This document shows positions 1 through 7,753 of a stretch of 64,000 bases of DNA, piece after piece. The stretch covers positions 18,318 to 82,317 of the forward strand of contig JBBRPA010000004.1 in the NCBI GenBank assembly GCA_038228695.1. Direction: 5' to 3'. The position numbers and the translations under genes are program-made. Below the pieces are notes generated by a model. That model saw nothing but the letters and a program-made list of their open reading frames with translations, made no database searches and was not told the DNA's origin. The stretch is from Chthoniobacterales bacterium. GTDB taxonomy: Bacteria; Verrucomicrobiota; Verrucomicrobiia; Chthoniobacterales; DASVRZ01. The first letter of the stretch is position 1. Each line of letters starts with the position of its first letter.

Positions 1-180
1 GACTTCGGTGACAGGCATGGCGTGTGAGTGTTTAAGGCTGCTGGAATGAAAAAGGGACGGAGATATAGCCCTCCTTGTCGATGCTGTCAACGCGCTTTCC
101 ATTCGCTCCTAGAAAAGCAAACACCGCTTGAATCGATCCCATACAGGCAATAAGTTCCGCTTCCCGCCGAACGACCACTT

Positions 181-1902
181 ATGAGCACCGAAACCCTGAC
201 CAGCAAACCTCCTGTCGTTAACGAAACCATCAAAATCGCCTCCAATCTCCTGCGCGGCACCATCGCGCAAGACTTGGCCGACACGACCACGGGCAATATT
301 TCCGACGACAACGGTCAACTCACGAAATTCCACGGCATCTACATGCAGGACGACCGGGATTTGCGGAACGCGCTGAAAAAAGCGGGCCAAGAAAAAGCCT
401 TCGCCTTCATGCTCCGCGTCCGTCTGCCCGGTGGACGCGCCACCCCCGCGCAATGGATCGCCCTCGATAGTCTCGCCGGGGACATCGCCTCACCCTCGCT
501 GCGGCTGACCACCCGCCAAACTTTCCAATTTCACGGTATCCTCAAAGGAAATGCCAAGGCCCTCATCAAGCGGATGCACAAGGTTTTGCTCGATTCCATC
601 GCGGCTTGCGGCGACGTCAACCGCAACGTCATGGCCCCGCCGAACCCCGAATACAGCGGCGTCTCGCGCCAAGTCTATGACCAAGCCGTCGCCTGGAGCG
701 AGTTCGCCCTGCCGAAAACTCACGCCTATCACGAAATCTGGCTCGACGAGGAAATGGTCGCCGGTGGTGAAGCCGAGCCGATGTATGGCGAGACGTATCT
801 GCCCCGCAAATTCAAGACCGCCTTCGTTCTTCCGCCTTCAAACGACGTGGACATCTTCTCCCAAGACCTCGGCTTCATCGCCATCGTCGGCGGTGACACT
901 GGTGGCGAAGTCATCGGTTACAACGTCACCGTCGGCGGCGGACTCGGCATGAACCACGGCAACGCCGAAACCTTCCCGCGCCTCGCCGATGTCCTCGGTT
1001 TCATCACCCCCGATTTGGTCAATAAAGTCGGCGAAGCCGTCCTCACCACCCAGCGCGACCATGGCGATCGCACCAACCGCAAACACGCCCGCCTCAAATA
1101 CACCATCCAAGATCGCGGCATCGAGTGGTTCAAAGGCGAAGTCGAAAAACGCAGCGGCATCACCTTCGGACCCGCCCGCGAATTCCACTTCACCACCATC
1201 GAAGACCCGCACGGTTGGCACGAATGCGCCGACGGAACCTGGTTCTACGGACTCCACATTTTGAGCGGACGCATCAAAGACGTGCCCGGTTGGTCGATGA
1301 AAACCGCCCTCCGCGAGATCGCCGAAATTCACACCGGAGATTTCCGCCTCACCCCGTCGCAAAACCTCAGCATCTCTGGCGTCACCGCTGCGAACAAACC
1401 CGCCATCGACGCCATTCTCGCTAGGCACGGACTCGCCAGCGAAAACAACCGCACCGGGATGCGCCTCAACGCCCTTTCCTGCGTCGCCCTCCCGACTTGC
1501 GGCTTGGCCCTTGCCGAAAGCGAGCGCATTTTGCCCCAACTCTTGGAGAAATTTGAAACCGTCCTCGACGAAGCCGGCCTGCGCGACGACGCCATCAGCC
1601 TCCGCGTTACGGGTTGCCCAAATGGCTGCGCCCGCCCGTACCTCGCCGAAATCGGTCTCGTCGGACGCGCTCCGAACAAATACGCCCTCTACCTCGGCGC
1701 GAAATACAACGGCACCCGGCTCAACCGGCTCGCTTCCCCGAGCGTGACCCTCGACGACGCCGTGACCCTGCTGACCCCGATCATCAAACGCTACGCCCTC
1801 GAACGCGAACCTAGCGAAGGCTTCGGCGACTTCTGCGACCGCGCCGTCCTCCCGGCAGACGCCACCTTCCACAGTGTCGGCACGCAACTCGCCGCGGCGT
1901 AA
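181..1902 (+). CDS. cysI: assimilatory sulfite reductase (NADPH) hemoprotein beta-component
   Basis: 573-aa ORF with CysI-like blocks 'TRQTFQFHGILK' and 'GDVNRNVM', plus the siroheme/4Fe-4S Cys blocks 'CVALPTCGLA' and 'TGCPNGCARP'. Confidence 0.92.
   Translation: MSTETLTSKPPVVNETIKIASNLLRGTIAQDLADTTTGNISDDNGQLTKFHGIYMQDDRDLRNALKKAGQEKAFAFMLRVRLPGGRATPAQWIALDSLAGDIASPSLRLTTRQTFQFHGILKGNAKALIKRMHKVLLDSIAACGDVNRNVMAPPNPEYSGVSRQVYDQAVAWSEFALPKTHAYHEIWLDEEMVAGGEAEPMYGETYLPRKFKTAFVLPPSNDVDIFSQDLGFIAIVGGDTGGEVIGYNVTVGGGLGMNHGNAETFPRLADVLGFITPDLVNKVGEAVLTTQRDHGDRTNRKHARLKYTIQDRGIEWFKGEVEKRSGITFGPAREFHFTTIEDPHGWHECADGTWFYGLHILSGRIKDVPGWSMKTALREIAEIHTGDFRLTPSQNLSISGVTAANKPAIDAILARHGLASENNRTGMRLNALSCVALPTCGLALAESERILPQLLEKFETVLDEAGLRDDAISLRVTGCPNGCARPYLAEIGLVGRAPNKYALYLGAKYNGTRLNRLASPSVTLDDAVTLLTPIIKRYALEREPSEGFGDFCDRAVLPADATFHSVGTQLAAA
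1750..1902 (+). repeat. copy 1 of the duplicated cysI 3' end (inside the intact gene)
   Basis: 1750-1845 is identical to 7220-7315 (96/96). 1846-1880 has 5 mismatches against 7316-7350. Both copies end at a stop codon 7 codons later. Confidence 0.95.
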
Positions 1903-1967
1903 ATTCCACGAACCGACCACGGTTTTTCGCAAAACGCAGCCATTCTACGCTGGGTTCGCAGATTTAC

Positions 1968-2831
1968 ATGTTCCGCAGAAACTCCTATGGATTAATGGTG
2001 CCCGAGTCAATCAGCATCCCGTTGCCCCAGACTGTTATGGAATTGCATCACGGCGATTGCATCGGGGGGGAATGGACCGACTCGCCGCCGAATCCATCGA
2101 CGTCGTAGTGACCTCCCCGCCGTATAACCTCGGCGTCAAATATGCGACTTATAAAAACGACCGAGATTGAAGCGATTATCTCGCCTGGTCTTGGGAATGG
2201 GCTGGACAGATCAAACGCGTCTTAAAAGCGGACGGTTCCTTTTTTCTCAACGTTGGCAGTTCTCCGTCCCATCCCTTTTTACCGCATGAACTCGCTATTG
2301 CCTTCGGTCGCGATTTGTTCCGATTGCAAAATACGTTTCATTGGATCAAGGCCATCTCTTTGGAAAATGAAGCGGGAGACATTCTCTCTCGGGGCCACTT
2401 TAAGCCAATCTCGTCGCATCGTTTCGTTAACGATTGCCAGGAATATATCTTCCATTTTACCAAAACCGGACAAGTGCCGATTCAGCGTCTAGCCATCGGA
2501 GTTCCGTATGCCGACAAAAGCAACATTAGTCGTTGGGGACACACTGCGGGGCAAGATCTTCGCTGCCGCGGTAATACGTGGTTTATTCCCTACAAAACGA
2601 TTCGGAACCGAAGCCAAGAACGCCCACACCCGGCCAGTTTCCCGCCCGAGCTGGCTCTCCAATGCTTCAAACTCCATGGGTTATCGGCCACGTTAACGGC
2701 CCTCGATCCGTTTGTCGGAATCGGAAATTCCGCTCTCGCAGCCCAACATACCCGCGCGGCAAAAATTCATCGGGTTTGAGATCGATCCCGCATACCTGGC
2801 GGTTGCGATCGACAAAACTTCCGCGGGCTAG
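1968..2831 (+). pseudogene. beta-class N4/N6 DNA methyltransferase (SPPY ... FxGxG order), inactivated
   Basis: 'ELHHGDCIGG' in frame 0 and 'MDRLAAESIDVVVTSPPYNLG' in frame 2 are joined at a G7 run (2064-2070); G8 would restore the frame. There is an in-frame TGA at 2168-2170. 'DPFVGIGNSALAAQ' and then 'KFIGFEIDPAYLAVAIDKTSAG*' become reachable only if the A5 run at 2761-2765 were A4. Confidence 0.85.
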
Positions 2832-2856
2832 GCGTTATAGCGCAGGGTCGCGAAGA

Positions 2857-2930
2857 AGAGGGACGCCGTTAGGGATATTCGCACGTCGAAGTTCCTGCTT
2901 TCGCAAGCGCAACCTCCGCCGCGTCCCTCT
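2857..2930. repeat. inverted repeat (AGAGGGACGC / GCGTCCCTCT) between convergent gene ends
   Basis: 10-nt perfect arms at 2857-2866 and 2921-2930. Lies between the methylase remnant (+) and the PhyH gene (-). Confidence 0.6.
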
Positions 2931-2976
2931 GCTTAAGATCTCCAAGCCGTCGGAGAATCGAGTCTGCCAAAATTCT

Positions 2977-3957
2977 CTACTTCACGTATTCCATGTTTTC
3001 CTTGGTCTTCCAATGGACGCAACCCCCATTTCCTGCAGACCGCACAAAGGCCTTGGCGATGTCTACCGTGCCGCGCTCCGAGTAGGGATCCACCCCCGCG
3101 ACCATCACGATGTCGCGATAATCCGCCATCGCCATGCTGGTTTTTTCGTCCGGTCTTTGCCAAGGGAGAAACGATTCCGCACTCATGTAGTGATTCACCA
3201 AGGCACGGCGGAAGGCCCCTTCGCTGTGATTGGGCAGCGAGCGGTGCAAAGTGTAGCCATTGAAAAAAACTACTGACCCTTTTTTCACCTCGACTGGGAC
3301 CTCATCCTTCTTGGTGTAAGGAAATCCTTGGGCTTCTTCAGCGCAGTCAAACCGTTTGTCCCCGTGCCACTCTTGTTTCCAGAGAATGCCGGGCTTGTGC
3401 GACCCGGGAATGATCCATAAACAGCCGTTTTCAATCGTGGCATCATCCAGCGCGATCCAAGCTCCGATCAACGATCGGTCGCGGGTGGGAATGTAATCCT
3501 CGTCCTGATGCCAGGCCTGCCCTGGTTTGCCAGAGGCTTTGATGAACAACATCGATTGCATGCACTTCACATTTGGGCTCACCGCCGAGGTCAGCACATC
3601 CACCACGTTTTTGTGGGACAAGACCTCTAACATCTGCGTGGAAAGCTTATGCGGGAAATGAATGCAAAGAGTCCGGCGCAAAATATCGAGATTGGATTCA
3701 TTGGCGGCGGCAGGTTCCAAGCCCGCGATACTCCCGGAATCGTTCCGGCACAAACGCGTGGCCTCATCATTCAGCTCATCCACCTCTTCCTCCGTCAATG
3801 CATCCTCCAAAACCAAAAAGCCATTTTCCTGAAAAAATTTCGTCGCCTCAAACGTCATGGGAGGCTTAAACCAACCCGAAGGACTGCCTTGCGCAGGCCA
3901 AGTCTGGAAAGGGCGGGCAACGGATGAAACAGGGGGTGTTAAAGTCATTGTATTCAT
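2977..3957 (-). CDS. phytanoyl-CoA dioxygenase (PhyH) family Fe(II)/2-oxoglutarate oxygenase
   Basis: 326-aa ORF with 'FFQENGFLVLEDALTEEEVDEL', the HxD block 'WHQDEDY', 'WIALDDATIENGCLWIIPGSH' and 'FFNGYTLHRS'. Confidence 0.85.
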   Translation of the reverse strand: MNTMTLTPPVSSVARPFQTWPAQGSPSGWFKPPMTFEATKFFQENGFLVLEDALTEEEVDELNDEATRLCRNDSGSIAGLEPAAANESNLDILRRTLCIHFPHKLSTQMLEVLSHKNVVDVLTSAVSPNVKCMQSMLFIKASGKPGQAWHQDEDYIPTRDRSLIGAWIALDDATIENGCLWIIPGSHKPGILWKQEWHGDKRFDCAEEAQGFPYTKKDEVPVEVKKGSVVFFNGYTLHRSLPNHSEGAFRRALVNHYMSAESFLPWQRPDEKTSMAMADYRDIVMVAGVDPYSERGTVDIAKAFVRSAGNGGCVHWKTKENMEYVK

Positions 3958-3993
3958 ATAGCATAACTCATATCACTTTTATTCCCCCTGAAA
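3958..3993. promoter_or_regulatory. 36-bp AT-rich divergent intergenic region between the PhyH and AraC start codons
   Basis: Only 36 nt separate the two divergent ATGs, so promoter and operator elements must overlap the coding ends. No motif was identified. Confidence 0.35.
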
Positions 3994-4809
3994 ATGGCTG
4001 AAACCACTCAAAACATATCCAGAAACATTATTGCGCAAGATTACGACGGCATTTGCTTTGGCGATGTCCTCTACAAACCCCGCGGACAATACGGTCCAGT
4101 CGTGCAACCAAACTACCAATTGGTGCTCATGATCGATGGCGGCGTGGACCTGCGGATTTCAGGGGAATGGCAGCGGGTTTCTTCTGGTCAGGTCGCCCTT
4201 TTGCGTCCCGGCCAACCGATTTTCCTGATGTTTGAGCGCGAGCAACCCACCCGGCATCAATGGTGCACGGCCCCCGCGTCGTCGCTAAGTTCTTCCTTGC
4301 AGACGCATTTGGAGCAGGCAGCGGGCAGCATCGCCATCCCAGAGACACTGCATACGATTATGCGGGTCGGCCTCCAGAACGCTAGTTCTCACCCCGAACT
4401 GCATCATTCGCTCCATCGTTCGCTGGCCGAGTCTGCCTTCCAGATATTTTGGATGGCTCAGCAGTCTGGCATTAAAAATCATTCTTCTGCCTCCGAATCC
4501 TTACTTCGAGTGCAACGCTTCATCCACGAGCATCACGCCGAGCCCATCACCCTTGCTGACCTCTCCAAGCGGGCTGCTCTTAGCCCGAATCATCTCATCC
4601 GTCTATTTCGGGAACACTTCTCGGAAACTCCGATGGATTTTCTTTGGCGCATTCGCGTCGAGAAAGGGGCTACCTGGCTCCGGGAGACGGGTCTGGGAGT
4701 GTCGGAAATCGCCTACCGGGCAGGGTTCCAAAATCCCTTCCATTTTTCACGTCGTTTCAAGCAACATTACGGAAAATCCCCCCGCACCTTTCGAGAAAGT
4801 GGAAATTGA
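3994..4809 (+). CDS. AraC family transcriptional regulator
   Basis: 271-aa ORF with a C-terminal AraC-type HTH ('LSPNHLIRLFREHFSETPMDFLWRIRVEKGATWLRETGLGVSEIAYRAGFQNPFHFSRRFKQHYGKSP') and an N-terminal cupin-like ligand domain. Confidence 0.9.
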   Translation: MAETTQNISRNIIAQDYDGICFGDVLYKPRGQYGPVVQPNYQLVLMIDGGVDLRISGEWQRVSSGQVALLRPGQPIFLMFEREQPTRHQWCTAPASSLSSSLQTHLEQAAGSIAIPETLHTIMRVGLQNASSHPELHHSLHRSLAESAFQIFWMAQQSGIKNHSSASESLLRVQRFIHEHHAEPITLADLSKRAALSPNHLIRLFREHFSETPMDFLWRIRVEKGATWLRETGLGVSEIAYRAGFQNPFHFSRRFKQHYGKSPRTFRESGN

Positions 4810-4882
4810 GGCCGATTGCCTCATTATTTTCTTCAAATAGCCCGCTTTTTTGTAGGAATTATTCCAATCCAAGCAGTCTGTT

Positions 4883-5188
4883 ATGCCTCACGTTAGAGTG
4901 TTAGTCAGACCCAAAAAGGGGCCTTCATCCTCCCCTCAAACGAGGCAAGCAAGGAGTAGCAAGTCAGCGAACCACTTCACTTTGGGAGCCGTTTTGGACG
5001 AACTGGAACGCACCTTGCCCAAATTGCGCGGTACCTTCCGCGAACAAACCACGGGCAAACGCCGCGCCTTTGTCCGCGATTTCGTCTGTCAGGAAGATTT
5101 TTCTCACGAAGCACTGGAAACCCTCTCCCACAACCCATAATCGAAGGCCGCGAACCTCATCATCGTCGGCGCGATGGCTGGCGGATGA
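4883..5188 (+). pseudogene. chimeric remnant: 5' end of a BNR/sialidase-like gene fused to a decayed CysO/MoaD/ThiS-like sulfur-carrier gene ending in GG
   Basis: 4865-4985 resembles 8095-8215 at nucleotide level, with a 1-nt indel. Downstream, 'TLGAVLDELERTLPKLRGTFREQTTGKRRAFVRDFVCQEDF...IIVGAMAGG*' resembles CysO-type carriers ('...GKLHRFVNIYVNDEDV...ILPAVAGG', recalled from memory). It is broken by a TAA at 5138-5140 and by frame changes. Confidence 0.6.
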
Positions 5189-5265
5189 GGCGGAAAAAGC
5201 ATCTCCGTTTCCCGTATGAAGAGACCACGCTTGAAAAAACCCCTCTTCCCGCCTAGATAGAAGCC

Positions 5266-5463
5266 ATGACTTTTCAGCGCATCACCTCAGATTCACGACG
5301 CATGAATGGTCAACCCTGCATCCGTCAACTTCGGCTAACCGTGCGCCGCGTGCTGGAAGCGGTGGCAGCCTACCCAGACCGTATGGAACTCCCGCGGGAA
5401 TATCCCGAGCTTGAGGAAGAGGACATTCGCGAGGCACTGGCTTACGCGGCAGCTAAATATTAA
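5266..5463 (+). CDS. DUF433 domain protein (antitoxin-like)
   Basis: 65-aa ORF. 'GQPCIRQLRLTVRRVLEAVAAYPDRMELPREYPELEEEDIREALAYAA' matches the DUF433 pattern. Confidence 0.8.
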   Translation: MTFQRITSDSRRMNGQPCIRQLRLTVRRVLEAVAAYPDRMELPREYPELEEEDIREALAYAAAKY

Positions 5464-5469
5464 GCTGAA

Positions 5470-5676
5470 GTGCGCTACGAACTCATTATTTATTGGAGCG
5501 GGGCTGACGAAAGTTTCATCGTGGAAGTTCCCGAATTGGCAGGCTGCATGGCGGATGGTGCCAGCTACGAGGAAGCCGTGGCCAATGCACAAGTCGTCAT
5601 TCAGGAATGGGTGGAAACAGCCCATGAATTAGGCCGTCCGATCCCAGAGCCGCGCGGCAAGCTAGCTTACGCTTAA
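5470..5676 (+). CDS. HicB-like (UPF0150) antitoxin-family protein, short form without a DNA-binding tail
   Basis: 68-aa ORF with a GTG start 6 nt after the DUF433 stop. 'YELIIYWSGADESFIVEVPELAGCMADGASYEEAVANAQVVIQEWVE' matches the HicB-like fold signature. Confidence 0.8.
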   Translation: MRYELIIYWSGADESFIVEVPELAGCMADGASYEEAVANAQVVIQEWVETAHELGRPIPEPRGKLAYA

Positions 5677-5692
5677 CTAACACCAATTCGTG

Positions 5693-5815
5693 AATGTAAG
5701 GGGCAAACGCCACGCCTACACCTGTCAGGAAAATTTCTTTCACCCCTTGGAAACTCCACTGCCGCAAGCCATTATCGAAGATCGCGAACCCCTCATGATC
5801 GTCGGCGCGATGGCT
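5693..5815 (+). pseudogene. second 3' fragment of the CysO/MoaD-like sulfur-carrier gene
   Basis: Translates to 'GKRHAYTCQENFFHPLETPLPQAIIEDREPLMIVGAMAGG*'. Imperfect nucleotide repeat of 5054-5188. Confidence 0.55.
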
Positions 5816-5913
5816 GGCGGGTAAATTTTGAATAGAGTGTTGCGAGAATGGGAGGTCTTTTCTCGAAGCAGCACGATGCGATTTACATACGTCGGCGCGT
5901 TTCTCGCCAATCC

Positions 5914-6798
5914 CTAGCTCTCTTTCAGCCAAGAGATAATATCCGAACACGCGCGATCAATTAAATCGGGGCGGTCATAGAAGTTGGTTTGGAAATCCAC
6001 GCCCTCTTCGTAGAAGCAAAACTTTTTCCGCTGAGTCGGAATCAGGTTAAAGACGTCCTTGGCGGACTGCGGGTTAGTTGATTTATTTGCGTGGATAATG
6101 AGCGAAGGCTTATCAAGCGCGCGAGCGTCGGGCGCGGATTCCAGTTGATAAATGAAGTAGTCGCTCATAACCGCATACCGATTTTGCCAACGACTAGTGA
6201 TTTCCCAAGGCGAATACCATGCGTGTAATGCGGGATAGGGCAGCGCCGCGTCTTTTCTAACATCGTGAGTAATTGGCAGATATTCAACCTCTCCATTTTG
6301 TTGATATTTTTCCAAAGCCAGCCGTCCTTGTTCGATTCTTTGTGCCTTGTAGCCGGATGCAGCCTCTAGGCTTGTGTCGTCGAAGTAGAAACCCGATACC
6401 CCGATGAATCCATCAATCGCCTGGCAGGTAGCGGCTGCCTTCAGAGAGTAAGCGCCCCCTTTGCAAATCCCAAGGGTTAAGACTTGAGTGATGCCATCAA
6501 AGAGGCTGGAGGTCCGAATGAATTCGGCCAGTGCCTGAATATCCTCCACTTTTTTCGTCGGGTGCTCCAGTTGTCTCGGCGCTCCGTCGCTCAGCCCAAA
6601 ATACCGGTGATCAAAAGTCACGGCATTGACCCCTAGTTCAGCAATTCTTTTTGCGTATTGATACGGAGCTTGCTCCTGGATTTGTCCGATGGCCGCAGTA
6701 ATCGAAATGACAACGTTTGAAGGCGTCGTGGACCGAAAAAACTTACCGCGGCATAAAACGTCATCGACGGGGAACTCAAACAGGATTGGTGTCTTCAT
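5914..6798 (-). CDS. alpha/beta hydrolase, dienelactone-hydrolase-like with a Cys nucleophile
   Basis: ORF 5914-6846; ATG at 6798 ('MKTPILFEF') is preferred over the upstream TTG. The nucleophile elbow is 'GICKGG' (G-x-C-x-G, as in DLH) rather than G-x-S-x-G. Visibly AT-richer than its surroundings. Confidence 0.78.
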   Translation of the reverse strand: MKTPILFEFPVDDVLCRGKFFRSTTPSNVVISITAAIGQIQEQAPYQYAKRIAELGVNAVTFDHRYFGLSDGAPRQLEHPTKKVEDIQALAEFIRTSSLFDGITQVLTLGICKGGAYSLKAAATCQAIDGFIGVSGFYFDDTSLEAASGYKAQRIEQGRLALEKYQQNGEVEYLPITHDVRKDAALPYPALHAWYSPWEITSRWQNRYAVMSDYFIYQLESAPDARALDKPSLIIHANKSTNPQSAKDVFNLIPTQRKKFCFYEEGVDFQTNFYDRPDLIDRACSDIISWLKES

Positions 6799-7219
6799 TT
6801 TTGTAAAAATCGTCTTAATCCATTCGCGACGAGCGTGGAAGCCCAATTTTTCAGCAAAACGCCCTCATCTTTTGAGACAGACCCGGCCGGTTTCCTGGTC
6901 TGCTCGGTTTGATAACGGCTCCGTACTCAATGAAATGACAGAGCGAACTTTATCCAAGATTTTCGCGCGCGGCTCTCATGTTCTGAGAAAAGACCTGTTT
7001 TACTGTTTGCCTGACCCTAATTTCCACAACAGGTGCAGATGCGAGCTGTTGACTGCAACCGTTTTGTTTGGCGGTGTTCATTTGAGGAGCATCATTTAAG
7101 CGGGTATGGCGTATCGTAATAGAATTCCATTAAGCTTGTCATCTCGCGAAGCGCTTCATCCCGTCCGATGGATCCATTGTCAAGCCGGAGCCATAATGCC
7201 TCTTCTTCTTTGGCTAACG

Positions 7220-7372
7220 CTCGACGACGCCGTGACCCTGCTGACCCCGATCATCAAACGCTACGCCCTCGAACGCGAACCTAGCGAAGGCTTCGGCGAC
7301 TTCTGCGACCGCGCCATCCTCCCCGCCGACGCGACTTTCCACAGTGTCGGAACCGTTGCAGCGCAACTATAG
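7220..7372 (+). pseudogene. displaced 3' end (last ~50 codons) of a second cysI allele
   Basis: Encodes 'LDDAVTLLTPIIKRYALEREPSEGFGDFCDRAILPADATFHSVGTVAAQL*'. See the repeat at 1750-1902. No upstream cysI sequence is present. Confidence 0.92.
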
Positions 7373-7501
7373 AGGCTGCGTCCTCGCTGCCCATCCTGAT
7401 CGAATGACGTCTCCGTCATCCATCTGAAAAGACGAATGGAGCGGGACCATCACCTTCAAGCTGCCTATTGCATCAACCGGGATTTTGTATAACATTTCCG
7501 C

Positions 7502-7753
7502 ATGGGAGTTACATACAACATCCGAGAAGCTCAGGCCCAGCTCTCCAAACTTTGTCAGCAGGGCCAAAAATTTGTCATCGCCAATCGCAACAAACCCGTG
7601 TTCGTGGCTATGCCAGTGGCCGATTTTGAGGCCATACTGGAAACGATGGATGTGTTGGCTGATCCAAAAGCCATGAAAGAACTGGCCGAGATTGGCTCGA
7701 CGAATCGCGTGTATAGAAAACTCGATCTCGATGACGAAGATTTCGGCCTCTAG
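7502..7753 (+). CDS. type II antitoxin, Phd/YefM family
   Basis: 83-aa ORF. 'YNIREAQAQLSKLCQQGQKFVIANRNKPVFVAMPVADFEAILETMDVLADP' is typical of Phd/YefM. Confidence 0.88.
   Translation: MGVTYNIREAQAQLSKLCQQGQKFVIANRNKPVFVAMPVADFEAILETMDVLADPKAMKELAEIGSTNRVYRKLDLDDEDFGL

Larger units (their letters stand above)
1903..7219. other. accessory segment bracketed by the cysI 3'-end direct repeat; no integrase or transposase recognisable
   Basis: Flanked by the repeats at 1750-1902 and 7220-7372. Contents are accessory-type genes and pseudogenes, and parts (e.g. 5.9-7.1 kb) are visibly more AT-rich by eye. Confidence 0.6.

Noticed and set aside
1-18. A minus-strand gene start at the left edge (ATG at 16-18 reading out of the window, 'MPVTEV...').
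   Set aside because: Only six codons are visible, so neither the gene nor its product can be supported.
2168-2170. The in-frame TGA in the methyltransferase as selenocysteine or programmed readthrough.
   Set aside because: The same gene also needs two frameshift repairs, the position is not a conserved Cys/Sec site of this family as far as I know, and no SECIS-like hairpin is evident downstream. Pseudogenisation is the simpler reading.
6850-7216. Possible decayed small genes on the minus strand. One is an XRE-like helix 'VFSQNMRAARENLG' followed by a stop. The other is a 42-codon frame 'LAKEEEALWLRLDNGSIGRDEALREMTSLMEFYYDTPYPLK*' abutting the cysI fragment.
   Set aside because: Both are shorter than 50 codons, lack a credible start, and I cannot tie them to a family from sequence alone. 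They may be remnants, but the support is too weak to annotate.
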